Both the position numbers and the translations under genes were made by a program. 64,000 bases of DNA from an uncultured delta proteobacterium (GTDB taxonomy: Bacteria > Myxococcota_A > Polyangia > Fen-1088), in contig CAVTRY010000017.1 in the NCBI GenBank assembly GCA_963737265.1, positions 48,279-112,278 of the forward strand. Direction: 5' to 3'. The notes under the pieces were generated by a model. The model was given only the letters and a program-made list of their open reading frames with translations. It did not search any database and was not told where the DNA came from. Below are positions 43,786 to 51,743 of this stretch, one piece after another (positions within the stretch are counted from its first letter, which is position 1; each line of letters opens with the position of its first letter).

Positions 43786-44526
43786 ATGTCACAGAAGATG
43801 GGCCTGATCGGCCGCAAGTTGGGGATGACTCGCTACTTTCACGACGACGGCTCGTCGCTCGGTTGCACCGTGCTTGAGATCGGTCCTTGTGTCGTTACCG
43901 GACAGCGTACCGTGGAAAAGCACGGCTATTCGGCGCTGCAGCTCGGTTTCGAGGAGCAGAACACGCGTAGTATGACCCGTCCCCAGGCGGGCTACTTCAA
44001 GAAGGCCGGCATCGAGAAGGTGTCGGCGGTCGTGCGCGAAATTCGCCTCGATGACGGCAAGGACGTCGCAAAGCACGATGTGGGCAAGGTCCTCACCGCC
44101 GCCGAGTGCTTCAAGGCCGGCGATGTCGTCGACGTGTCGGGCGTGACCAAGGGCAAGGGCTACCAAGGCGTCATGAAGCTGCACAAGATGGCAGGCGACA
44201 CCGACACCCACGGTACGCACGAGTTCTTCCGCCACGGCGGTTCCATCGGTTGCCGGCTTACGCCCGGCCGCGTGCACAAGGGCAAGCGCATGTCCGCGCG
44301 CATGGGCACCAACAACTACACCTCGTCCGACCTGGTGGTTGTGAAGATCCTCGAAGACAAGAACGTCGTCATCGTGAAGGGCTCGGTTCCGGGGCCCATC
44401 AACGGCATCGTCGTGCTCAAGGGCAGCACCAAGAACGTACGCAAGTATATCGTGCCGGTCATTCAGCGCGAGGTCGAGGCCAAGAACCCGATGAAGGCCT
44501 CCAAGAAGGCCGCCGCTGGCAAGTAG
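43786..44526 (+). CDS. rplC: 50S ribosomal protein L3
   Basis: GLIGRKLGMT, GYSALQLG, VDVSGVTKGKGYQG, GRVHKGKRM, VKGSVPG. Confidence 0.97.
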   Translation: MSQKMGLIGRKLGMTRYFHDDGSSLGCTVLEIGPCVVTGQRTVEKHGYSALQLGFEEQNTRSMTRPQAGYFKKAGIEKVSAVVREIRLDDGKDVAKHDVGKVLTAAECFKAGDVVDVSGVTKGKGYQGVMKLHKMAGDTDTHGTHEFFRHGGSIGCRLTPGRVHKGKRMSARMGTNNYTSSDLVVVKILEDKNVVIVKGSVPGPINGIVVLKGSTKNVRKYIVPVIQREVEAKNPMKASKKAAAGK

Positions 44527-44560
44527 CCGGCAACTCGTCGGAAAGTAGCAGCGTCCTGGC

Positions 44561-45169
44561 TTGAGCCGCCAGCTTCGCGATCGCAGCGCACGCCACGACG
44601 CCTTTTTCCGCAAGGCGCGCAACGAGGGCTTCGCGGCGCGTGCGGTGTACAAGCTGGAGGACATCGACAAGCGCATGAGCGTGCTACGCGCTGGCGCGCG
44701 CGTGCTCGACCTGGGCTGCCGGCCGGGTTCGTGGATGCAGTACGCGTGCAAGGTCGTCGGCCCCCACGGCAAGGTGGTGGGCGTCGACCGGTTGCCGTTG
44801 CCCGCGCCCGTGCCCGGCGCCCACGTGATCTTGGCCGACATCTACACGCTCTCCGACGAAGAGCTGCTGTGCGGCTTGGCGGCCTACGATGTCGTTCTTT
44901 CCGACATGGCACCCGACACCACCGGGATTCGCGCCACCGACCAGGCGCGCTCCGCAAATCTCGTCGAGGAAGCCCTCAAGCGCGCCGAGCGCCTACTGGC
45001 GCCGCTCGGTTGCTTAGTGGCGAAGATCTTCCAGAGCCCCGACGTCGAGAAGCTGCGCAAACAAATGTCCGTGCGATTCGGCGAAGTCCGCTTGCTGAAG
45101 CCCGAAGGCTCGCGCAGTCAGAGCACCGAGCTGTATCTCGTCGGCAAAGGCTTCGGGCCACCGAGATAG
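44561..45169 (+). CDS. rlmE: 23S rRNA 2'-O-methyltransferase RlmE/FtsJ
   Basis: [45 protein letters not shown] (K-D-K-E tetrad). Confidence 0.93.
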   Translation: MSRQLRDRSARHDAFFRKARNEGFAARAVYKLEDIDKRMSVLRAGARVLDLGCRPGSWMQYACKVVGPHGKVVGVDRLPLPAPVPGAHVILADIYTLSDEELLCGLAAYDVVLSDMAPDTTGIRATDQARSANLVEEALKRAERLLAPLGCLVAKIFQSPDVEKLRKQMSVRFGEVRLLKPEGSRSQSTELYLVGKGFGPPR

Positions 45170-45239
45170 CTGGAAGCGTGGGCCGTGCCGGCGACAGCGG
45201 CGACCCCGGCCGGCACGATATTCGCAGAGCTTGCCGGCC

Positions 45240-46310
45240 ATGCAGCCTCGTATCCAAAACGGCGGCCAGGGAGCCAGGATCATTCCTTTCGTCCGACCGA
45301 ATTTCCGACCGAATCTCCGACCGAATCCCGGCCGACCGGCCGAGATTCCGACCAACCCACCGCGCCTTCTCGACCAAGTCCGAGCAAGCCTGCGAGCCCG
45401 GCACTACAGCCGGCGCACCGAGAAGGCGTACGTCGCATGGATTCGCCGATTCATCCTGTTCCACGGCAAGCGCCATCCTGAAGAGATGGGCGGGGTCGAA
45501 GTTGGCGCGTACCTTTCCAGCCTGGCCAGCGAAGCAAAAGTCAGCGCTTCGACGCAAAACCAGGCGCTGGCGGCGCTGCTATTCCTTTATCAGCAAGTGC
45601 TGGGGCGCGAGCTGGAATGGCTGGGAGAACTGGTTCACGCCAAAGGTCCGGTGCGCGTACCCGTCGTGCTGGGACGTGACGAAGCGCGATCTTTGCTCAC
45701 GCATTTGCAGGGCCCGGCGTGGCTGATTTGCGCGCTTCTCTACGGCAGCGGCATGCGCTTACTCGAGGTGCTGCAGTTGCGCGTCAAGGACATCGACCTG
45801 AATCGCCGCGAAATCACCGTTCGCAGAGGCAAGGGCCAGAAAGACCGCCGAACTGTTCTACCCGGCACGCTGGTCGAACCCCTGCGCGCCCACCTGGCGG
45901 CCGTCAAGACGCAGCACGATGCGGATATCAACCTGGGTGCCGGCGCCGTGGTTCTGCCTGATGCCATCGGTCGCAAGTACCCGAGCGCCCCGCAAGAATG
46001 GATCTGGCAGTGGGTCTTTCCCGCAACCCGCACGTACACCGATCTCGCAAGTCGGGAAGTTCGTCGCCACCACCTGCACGAATCCGTCATCCAGCGCGCC
46101 GTTCGCCGCGCCGCCGTGGCCGCGCGCATTCCCAAGCTGGTCAGCCCCCACACCCTGCGTCATTCCTTCGCCACCCACCTGCTGGAAGACGGCTACGACA
46201 TCCGCACCATTCAGGAGTTGCTAGGCCACAAAGACGTGGCCACGACCATGGTCTACACCCACGTCCTGAACCGCGGCGCTGGCGGAGTCCGAAGCCCTCT
46301 CGACCACTGA
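45240..46310 (+). CDS. intI: Integron integrase (tyrosine recombinase)
   Basis: [20 protein letters not shown]; GMRLLE (R), GKGQKDR (K), IntI-specific insert [44 protein letters not shown]. Confidence 0.96.
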   Translation: MQPRIQNGGQGARIIPFVRPNFRPNLRPNPGRPAEIPTNPPRLLDQVRASLRARHYSRRTEKAYVAWIRRFILFHGKRHPEEMGGVEVGAYLSSLASEAKVSASTQNQALAALLFLYQQVLGRELEWLGELVHAKGPVRVPVVLGRDEARSLLTHLQGPAWLICALLYGSGMRLLEVLQLRVKDIDLNRREITVRRGKGQKDRRTVLPGTLVEPLRAHLAAVKTQHDADINLGAGAVVLPDAIGRKYPSAPQEWIWQWVFPATRTYTDLASREVRRHHLHESVIQRAVRRAAVAARIPKLVSPHTLRHSFATHLLEDGYDIRTIQELLGHKDVATTMVYTHVLNRGAGGVRSPLDH

Positions 46311-46494
46311 CAACGGGCGCAAAGAACGTGGCTCCCATATTTATCCGGCCGCCGCGCCGTTATTATCCGGCAGGCCGGCTGGTCGCCTCGCATGAAGCAG
46401 ACGCATCCAAGTCCGCGAAATGACTGGAACGGCACCCCCGCTTTCAGCCATCACGGCGTGCATCCAGCGTTGGGATATTGATTATTTTTCGTGG

Positions 46495-46511
46495 GATAAT
46501 GGTAGTTCGAC
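46495..46511 (+). other. Candidate attI site (crossover G|TT at 46505/46506)
   Basis: GATAATGGTAGTTCGAC in an AT-rich patch; GTTCGACGG is the exact complement of CCGTCGAAC closing cassette 1; no attC hairpin upstream. Confidence 0.65.
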
Positions 46512-46718
46512 GGTCAAACGACTGGCAAGGCGACGGGTATCGGAGGGCCCGGACGGAACAATATCTCAGGTCGGCGTGCGACTGGGCGTCGCCGGCCGTA
46601 CCACTTGCGGCGGCGATCGGTGCTCGCGACGGCAATCACGGCAGGTCGGCGAACCTTGGCGCTGGCATCGGCAGCGAAGATGTTTGATCTCACAGGATCC
46701 CAAGGACGAGGGTTCGCC
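46506..46718 (+). other. Cassette 1: ORF-less gene cassette
   Basis: Bounded by core GTTCGAC (46505) and inverse core GTCGAAC (46719); no credible ORF. Confidence 0.75.
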
Positions 46719-46884
46719 GTCGAACAAGCCGTTGCAGCGCTCGTAGGCAGTGCAAGTAAAAAGAACAGGGAGTGATTCGGGTCGTCTGGGCACACGAGAT
46801 CCGTTCCGCGGTCAGGAAGATGCGGTGGAAAGGATCAGGTGCGCGAAGAAGATTTGAGCGGGCGAGAGATCGGGAGGCAATCGG

Positions 46885-47225
46885 CCTGGTAATCGAAACG
46901 CTCCAGTAGGATGTCCGCGAGGGCCGGCATCGAGTCAGCTTGCAACGGAGATTGGGTCAGGTCGATGGATCCTCAGGGTGCCTCGAAACAGACAGCGCTC
47001 TTGCACAAGGCAGAGATGAGCTTCAACAGGAGGTCACCCGTCGGATATCTCACACGTTCAAGGAATTGGTTTGCTTTGGTTGTTTGCTCCTTTTCTGCAA
47101 GTGGGTCTGACCAAGATGGACAGGGTCAGATCAAAAATCCTCAGGGTGCCTCAAGACAGACGGCGCTCTTGCACATGGCAGAGATACGCTGCAACAGAAG
47201 GTCACCCTTCGGAAATCTAGAATGT
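46885..47225 (-). ncRNA. Predicted bridge/seek RNA: two target-binding loops plus one donor-binding loop (also in the non-coding ends of copies 2 and 3)
   Basis: Stem/internal-loop/stem modules whose loop strands match attC target halves and the element circle junction; RNA boundaries approximate. Confidence 0.75.
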
Positions 47226-47255
47226 TCAACATGGGTCGTCCCCATACCAGCATGG

Positions 47256-48524
47256 CTACACCGTCACCTGCAGACGGCGGGTGTCGAAGAGCTTGCTGCT
47301 ATCAAAGGTGCCACCGCGACCGACGTGGTACAGCCCCTTGGCCAGCTTGCGCATCAGCGCGACGGCAGCTCGCGAGGCTCGGCCGCCGTCTCGTTGCTTT
47401 TTGCGCTGGTACCAGGCGTTGGCGATGGGATCATCCTGAATCCAGCGGAAGATGGCGAGCCAGAGTAGCTGGCGTACGCGGGATGGACCACGCTTGGTGA
47501 TCTTGATCTGACCGTGCATGGTACCGCTGCTTTTCTCCTTGAGGTTGAGGCCCATGGCTTTGAGGAAAGCGCGTGTACACGAGTACGATCGTGCATCACC
47601 GACCTCGGCGAAGATGGCGGCAGCGGTGGTGCGGCCGACGACGGGGGCAAGCGCGGCGGCGGGCGTGGTGGCGGCGAGTTTTTCGACTTTCGTCTTGGCC
47701 GTGCTGAAGGCCCGGTGGGCGTCATAGGCCTCTTCGGCGATTACCATCAAAGCGTCGCGTTCAAGCCCGACCATCGGGACGCCGACGGAGGTGCTGGCCG
47801 AGGCGACAACGGCAGCAACGTCGTCGTCGGCAATCAGCCTGTGACTGATACCACGAAGGAGCTTCGTCGCCTTGTCCGGGGCAGCGGCGACATCGGCAGG
47901 ACCGCCGATACGCGCGACCAGCGCCATAAGCGATGCCGAGGTCAAATCAAGCAGGCTGGGCAACTCGGGCCAGTGGCGAGCGAGCCAGCTTTCCAAGCGA
48001 TGCACGAGCTGCAGGTAGCGCTCCTGGTGCAGATCCATGATGGCCAGTGCTGCCTTGAGCTGCCGACGTTCTGGGACTTCGTCAGGCAGGCGGGTGGAAA
48101 GGCCGTCGGCGTGCAGCCTGGCGATGATGGCGGCAGCCTTGGCGTCGTGAAGACTGGGCACGCCGTCGAAGATTTCCTTCGCATCGTGGGTGCGCTTGCC
48201 GCTGACCATGAAGATCGGAAAGCGGTCCTGTTCGAGCTGGTGGCGAAGCACATCGCCGTAGGTTCCGGAAGGCTCCATGACGGCTTCGACGATGATGCCG
48301 GCGGTGCGGTAGCCGCGCAGGATGGAGAGCACCGTGGGGTTCTGCTCTGGGGCCTTCCAAGAGATGGTGTGCAGCACACGCCCGTCGGCGCCAGCGAACG
48401 CTGCAACCATGTCGACCTTGGCGACGTCGATGGCGAGGACCAGCTTGCCGCCCAGGTCGGCGGGCGAGATGCTTTGTGGTTGAAAATCATTGACGGGCAT
48501 TCTGCGATAGATACGCTTCTTCAT
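47256..48524 (-). CDS. IS110-family recombinase, copy 1
   Basis: RuvC-like LAIDVAK, VMEPSGTY, LHDAKAA; C-terminal GL....SSG....ITKRG, AVALMRKL; start inferred from AAGGA RBS. Confidence 0.92.
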   Translation of the reverse strand: MKKRIYRRMPVNDFQPQSISPADLGGKLVLAIDVAKVDMVAAFAGADGRVLHTISWKAPEQNPTVLSILRGYRTAGIIVEAVMEPSGTYGDVLRHQLEQDRFPIFMVSGKRTHDAKEIFDGVPSLHDAKAAAIIARLHADGLSTRLPDEVPERRQLKAALAIMDLHQERYLQLVHRLESWLARHWPELPSLLDLTSASLMALVARIGGPADVAAAPDKATKLLRGISHRLIADDDVAAVVASASTSVGVPMVGLERDALMVIAEEAYDAHRAFSTAKTKVEKLAATTPAAALAPVVGRTTAAAIFAEVGDARSYSCTRAFLKAMGLNLKEKSSGTMHGQIKITKRGPSRVRQLLWLAIFRWIQDDPIANAWYQRKKQRDGGRASRAAVALMRKLAKGLYHVGRGGTFDSSKLFDTRRLQVTV

Positions 48525-48665
48525 GGGGATGACATCCTTCGTCATGGTTTCGGACTTCGGCACTTTTGGGACGTCCCCGTTTCCATTTGCAACTACCTTT
48601 AGCTGACTGACGACCACCCTCCCTCGCTTCGCTCGGTCGGGTGCTCGCCGCTTAACGGCAAGGCG

Positions 48666-48896
48666 TTCGACGGACAACCGCGGTTTCGGGAAGGTTCCTC
48701 GGAGGTTCGCTGGCGGGAAAATGCTTGCAACGGCGGCCAGCGATCTGTCGGCGCGAGGCGCACCATTCGCAGCGATGCGGGCTCGCGGCCGGCGATGCGG
48801 GAAGGTCAGCGAGTCTGTGATCGCAAGATCGGTAGCGAAGTCGGGCGACCGGGGAATGGCTCTCGCGGACGAGTCGCAGTGGTCAGTGCCATTGCC
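48666..48896 (+). other. Cassette 2: ORF-less gene cassette related to cassette 1
   Basis: Core GTTCGACGG 48665 / CCGTCGAAC 48895; collinear motifs shared with cassette 1. Confidence 0.75.
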
Positions 48897-48988
48897 GTCG
48901 AACAAGCCGTTGCAGCAGACGATCCCGCCGCAGAGAAATCGGAGTAACATCGACGAACCGTTCGTGCGGCGGGCTCGCTGCTGAACGG

Positions 48989-50874
48989 GTGCGCCCAGCA
49001 TGGGCGTCGTCTTGGGGGTGCAAGTCCCCCCGAAAGGAGACCATCCCAAACGAAGCGAACTGCAACTGCGAAAGGGCGACCAATCGTGGGGAGGAAGCAG
49101 GGAGCGAAACCGCGGGCTGATGAACAAAAACCGGATAAGAGGCGGCGCCGAGCGGGGCGAGTGGGCCCGTTGCCACAAAGCCTCGATGGTCAAAGCTCAG
49201 GCTACGTAGATCCGGCGGTCGTGCGGGGAAGGACGACGTACTTACCTGGGGAGATCTCGCCTTGTGCCTGAAAGGGCGACGGCGCGGACGCGACGGGGCG
49301 AGAAGTCAGCAGAGGTCGTAGTAGCGAAGTCGAAGCCGGGGCGGCGATATCACCGACGCCGGAAGTCTTTGGCGATGCGAAGGACTGAACGAGAAGGAGA
49401 GCGAAACGAACATGCGTCTCGGAAGCAAACGGCCTCAGATGACCAGGCAACTGGAGCTAACGTTTTCAAATAGGGGTGAAACCCCGACGGGAAAACGAAG
49501 CGAGGAAGCGCCGACGGCGACGTGTGAAAACGAGCGCTCGGGAGCGAGCGGCCTGATGGAGAGGGTGTGCGAACGCCCGAACCTTTTGGCCGCGCTGAAG
49601 CGAGTGAGAAGGAACAAGGGCAGTCCCGGCATCGACGGGATGACGGTGGATGAATTGCCGATACACCTGCGCGAATACTGGCCACGGCTGCGCGAGGAAC
49701 TGCTCGCGGGGACGTACCAGCCCGCGCTTGTGAAGGAGCAACTCATACCGAAGGCCAGCGGAGGAATGCGCAAGCTTGGCATTCCGACGGTGGTCGACCG
49801 ATTCATCCAGCAGGCTGTATTGCAGGTTCTGCAACCGATGTTCGACCCGGACTTCTCAAAGCACAGCCACGGTTTCCGGCCTGGGCACCGTGCGCACGAC
49901 GCCATCGTCGAGGCGCAGGGGTATATCCAGGGCGGACGCAAGTGGGTGGTAGACGTGGACTTGGAGCAATTCTTTGACCGCGTGAACCACGACGTGCTGA
50001 TGGGAAGACTGGCGAAACGCATCGGCGACCGTCGTTTGCTGGGGCTCATCCGGCGTTACCTCGGGGCCGGCATTATGGCTGGCGGGGTGGCGACGGAGCG
50101 GTACGAGGGAACGCCACAAGGCGGCCCCTTGTCACCGCTGCTAGCCAACGTGCTGCTCGACGAAGTGGACAAGGAGCTGGAGAAACGCGGGCACGCATTC
50201 TGCCGGTACGCTGATGACTGCAACGTATACCTTCGGTCGCGGCGTGCGGGCGAGCGTGTGATGGGGCTGCTACGGCGGCTCTACGCGGGACTGCGACTTC
50301 AAGTCAATGAAACGAAAAGCGCGGTGGGCTTGGCGTGGAACCGGAAAATCCTGGGTTACACATTCTGGGTAAACCGGGAAGGAACGGTGAAGCGCGCGGT
50401 GGCAGACAAAGCCCTTGCCACGATGAAGGACAAAGTCCGGAACATCACGAGGCGGACGGGCGGGCAAAGCATTGGCCAGGTCTGCAAACGGCTGGGGGAA
50501 TATCTGCGTGGTTGGAAGGAATACTTCCGGCTCGCGGACACGCCTCGGGTCTTTGGCAACTTGGACAAATGGATTCGCCGTCGCCTACGGGCTCTCCACT
50601 TGAAACACTGGGGACAACAATCGACCGTCTATCGGGAACTGCGGGCTCGGGGGATGTCCCATGACGCAGCAAGCGTAGTGGCCGTGAACTGTCGCCGCTG
50701 GTGGAAAAACTCGGCTAGTATGATGAACGTGGCATTTCCCATTCGCTACTTTGACCAGTTGGGGGTACCCCGGCTGGCCACGTAACCTCAACTTCCCGAA
50801 CCGCCCGGTGCGGACCCGCACGCCGGGTGGTGTGGCAGGGGTCCTTGACGATCTGTCGAGGCCCCTATGCCGAT
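48989..50874 (+). mobile_element. Group IIC intron
   Basis: 5' GTGCGCCCAGCATGGGCG; domain V GAACCGCCCGGTGCGGACCCGCACGCCGGGTGGTGT (CGC triad); 3' CCCTATGCCGAT; removal restores attC2. Confidence 0.93.
49412..50785 (+). CDS. ltrA: Group II intron reverse transcriptase/maturase (no endonuclease domain)
   Basis: NKGSPGIDG, RKLGIPTVVDR, SHGFRPG, GTPQGGPLSP, RYADD, maturase GWKEYF. Confidence 0.95.
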   Translation: MRLGSKRPQMTRQLELTFSNRGETPTGKRSEEAPTATCENERSGASGLMERVCERPNLLAALKRVRRNKGSPGIDGMTVDELPIHLREYWPRLREELLAGTYQPALVKEQLIPKASGGMRKLGIPTVVDRFIQQAVLQVLQPMFDPDFSKHSHGFRPGHRAHDAIVEAQGYIQGGRKWVVDVDLEQFFDRVNHDVLMGRLAKRIGDRRLLGLIRRYLGAGIMAGGVATERYEGTPQGGPLSPLLANVLLDEVDKELEKRGHAFCRYADDCNVYLRSRRAGERVMGLLRRLYAGLRLQVNETKSAVGLAWNRKILGYTFWVNREGTVKRAVADKALATMKDKVRNITRRTGGQSIGQVCKRLGEYLRGWKEYFRLADTPRVFGNLDKWIRRRLRALHLKHWGQQSTVYRELRARGMSHDAASVVAVNCRRWWKNSASMMNVAFPIRYFDQLGVPRLAT

Positions 50875-50923
50875 CAAGGCGTTAGCCAGACCAAGGAACC
50901 ACTACCCACGATAGCGAGCAACC

Positions 50924-51721
50924 ATGACCCAACTTTCATCTGATGCCGAGGCCCTGCTGAAACTCCTCCCGCCGAGTGGCCGGATTACCAACCCCACTGG
51001 GATGAAGATTACTGGCTGGGAGTATGACCGGCTCATCGCCGCGAAGTTCGAACTCCGTGAGGCGGGCGTCGTAGAAATCAAGCGTGGATATGGCGGACCA
51101 TTCGGGCGAGTTCCTACGCCGGCCACTGTCGAGTCGACGCAAAGTACGATTTTGGCGGTTGAGGAAAAGGAACTCTATGCACCTGTTGCAGACTGGATCT
51201 CGGCTGAGTTCCTGCCGGACGACTATGACCACGACCGCGATCTTTTTGAAGTGTCGATCTCGGCTGCACGGCGCCCTAGCGGAGCTGGAACATGGGAAAT
51301 TCCGGACATACTGAGTGTCTCCTTGAAGAAGTACCTATTCGTCCCGCAGGTGCTCATGGAAGTTACTTCGTTTGAAGTCAAACCGCAGGGGCAGGCCTTC
51401 AATGTGTACGGCGTCTTCGAAGCGATTTCCCAGTCGAAGTCGGTTCACCGTGCCTACTATTGTTTCGAGTGGCAGGATTCTGGTTTCGCCGACCGAGCGG
51501 ATTATCAGCGAATTCTGCAAGAGGCTGAAGTTCATGGTGTTGGTCTCATTCGTGTTCATTTTACCGACGAGAAGAAGAAGTCGATTCTTCCGGAGGTCTT
51601 GCTCGAGGCACGGGCGTTGGCTCCAGATCCATCCGCGCTGAATGGGCTGATCGACATGTTCTTCGACGAGGACGTAAAGACCCGAATATCTAGGCGGACG
51701 GCACATAACATTGCGTGGTAG
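50924..51721 (+). CDS. Cassette 3: hypothetical protein with probable PD-(D/E)xK nuclease domain
   Basis: EKELY, WEIPDILSV...SFEVK, FEAIS, HGVGLI; bounded by GTTAGCCAG (50881) / CTGGCTAAC (51723). Confidence 0.65.
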   Translation: MTQLSSDAEALLKLLPPSGRITNPTGMKITGWEYDRLIAAKFELREAGVVEIKRGYGGPFGRVPTPATVESTQSTILAVEEKELYAPVADWISAEFLPDDYDHDRDLFEVSISAARRPSGAGTWEIPDILSVSLKKYLFVPQVLMEVTSFEVKPQGQAFNVYGVFEAISQSKSVHRAYYCFEWQDSGFADRADYQRILQEAEVHGVGLIRVHFTDEKKKSILPEVLLEARALAPDPSALNGLIDMFFDEDVKTRISRRTAHNIAW

Positions 51722-51743
51722 GCTGGCTAACAAGCCGTTGCAG

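Larger units (their letters stand above)
46738..48608 (-). mobile_element. IS110-family (IS1111-like) element copy 1 in attC1
   Basis: Same ends in all copies (CTCGTAGGCAGTGCAAG...TTGCAACTACCTTTAGCTGA); 2-bp core CG left / CT right; no TSD; imperfect subterminal IRs; long 3' non-coding region. Confidence 0.92.
46719..48671 (+). other. attC1 (84 bp when rejoined: 46719-46739 + 48609-48671), split by IS110 copy 1
   Basis: GTCGAACAAGCCGTTGCAGC...GCTTAACGGCAAGGCGTTCGAC; same family as intact attC4. Confidence 0.88.
48897..50887 (+). other. attC2 (105 bp rejoined: 48897-48988 + 50875-50887), split by group II intron
   Basis: GTCGAACAAGCCGTTGCAGCAGAC...CTGCTGAACGG | CAAGGCGTTAGCC. Confidence 0.9.

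Noticed and set aside
46954-47218. CRISPR array
   Set aside because: Only two ~97-bp repeats, no cas genes; better explained as bridge-RNA target loops
46911-47468. 185-aa plus-strand ORF repeated at 51916 and 61117
   Set aside because: Antisense to the IS recombinase and RNA region; repeated only because the IS is repeated
48525-49193. N-terminal extension making the IS110 protein 645 aa
   Set aside because: Crosses the IS end, attC, a cassette and the intron; differs in copy 2; chance open frame
49412-50785. Retron, DGR or defence-associated reverse transcriptase
   Set aside because: Complete group II intron ends, domain V/VI and maturase domain are present
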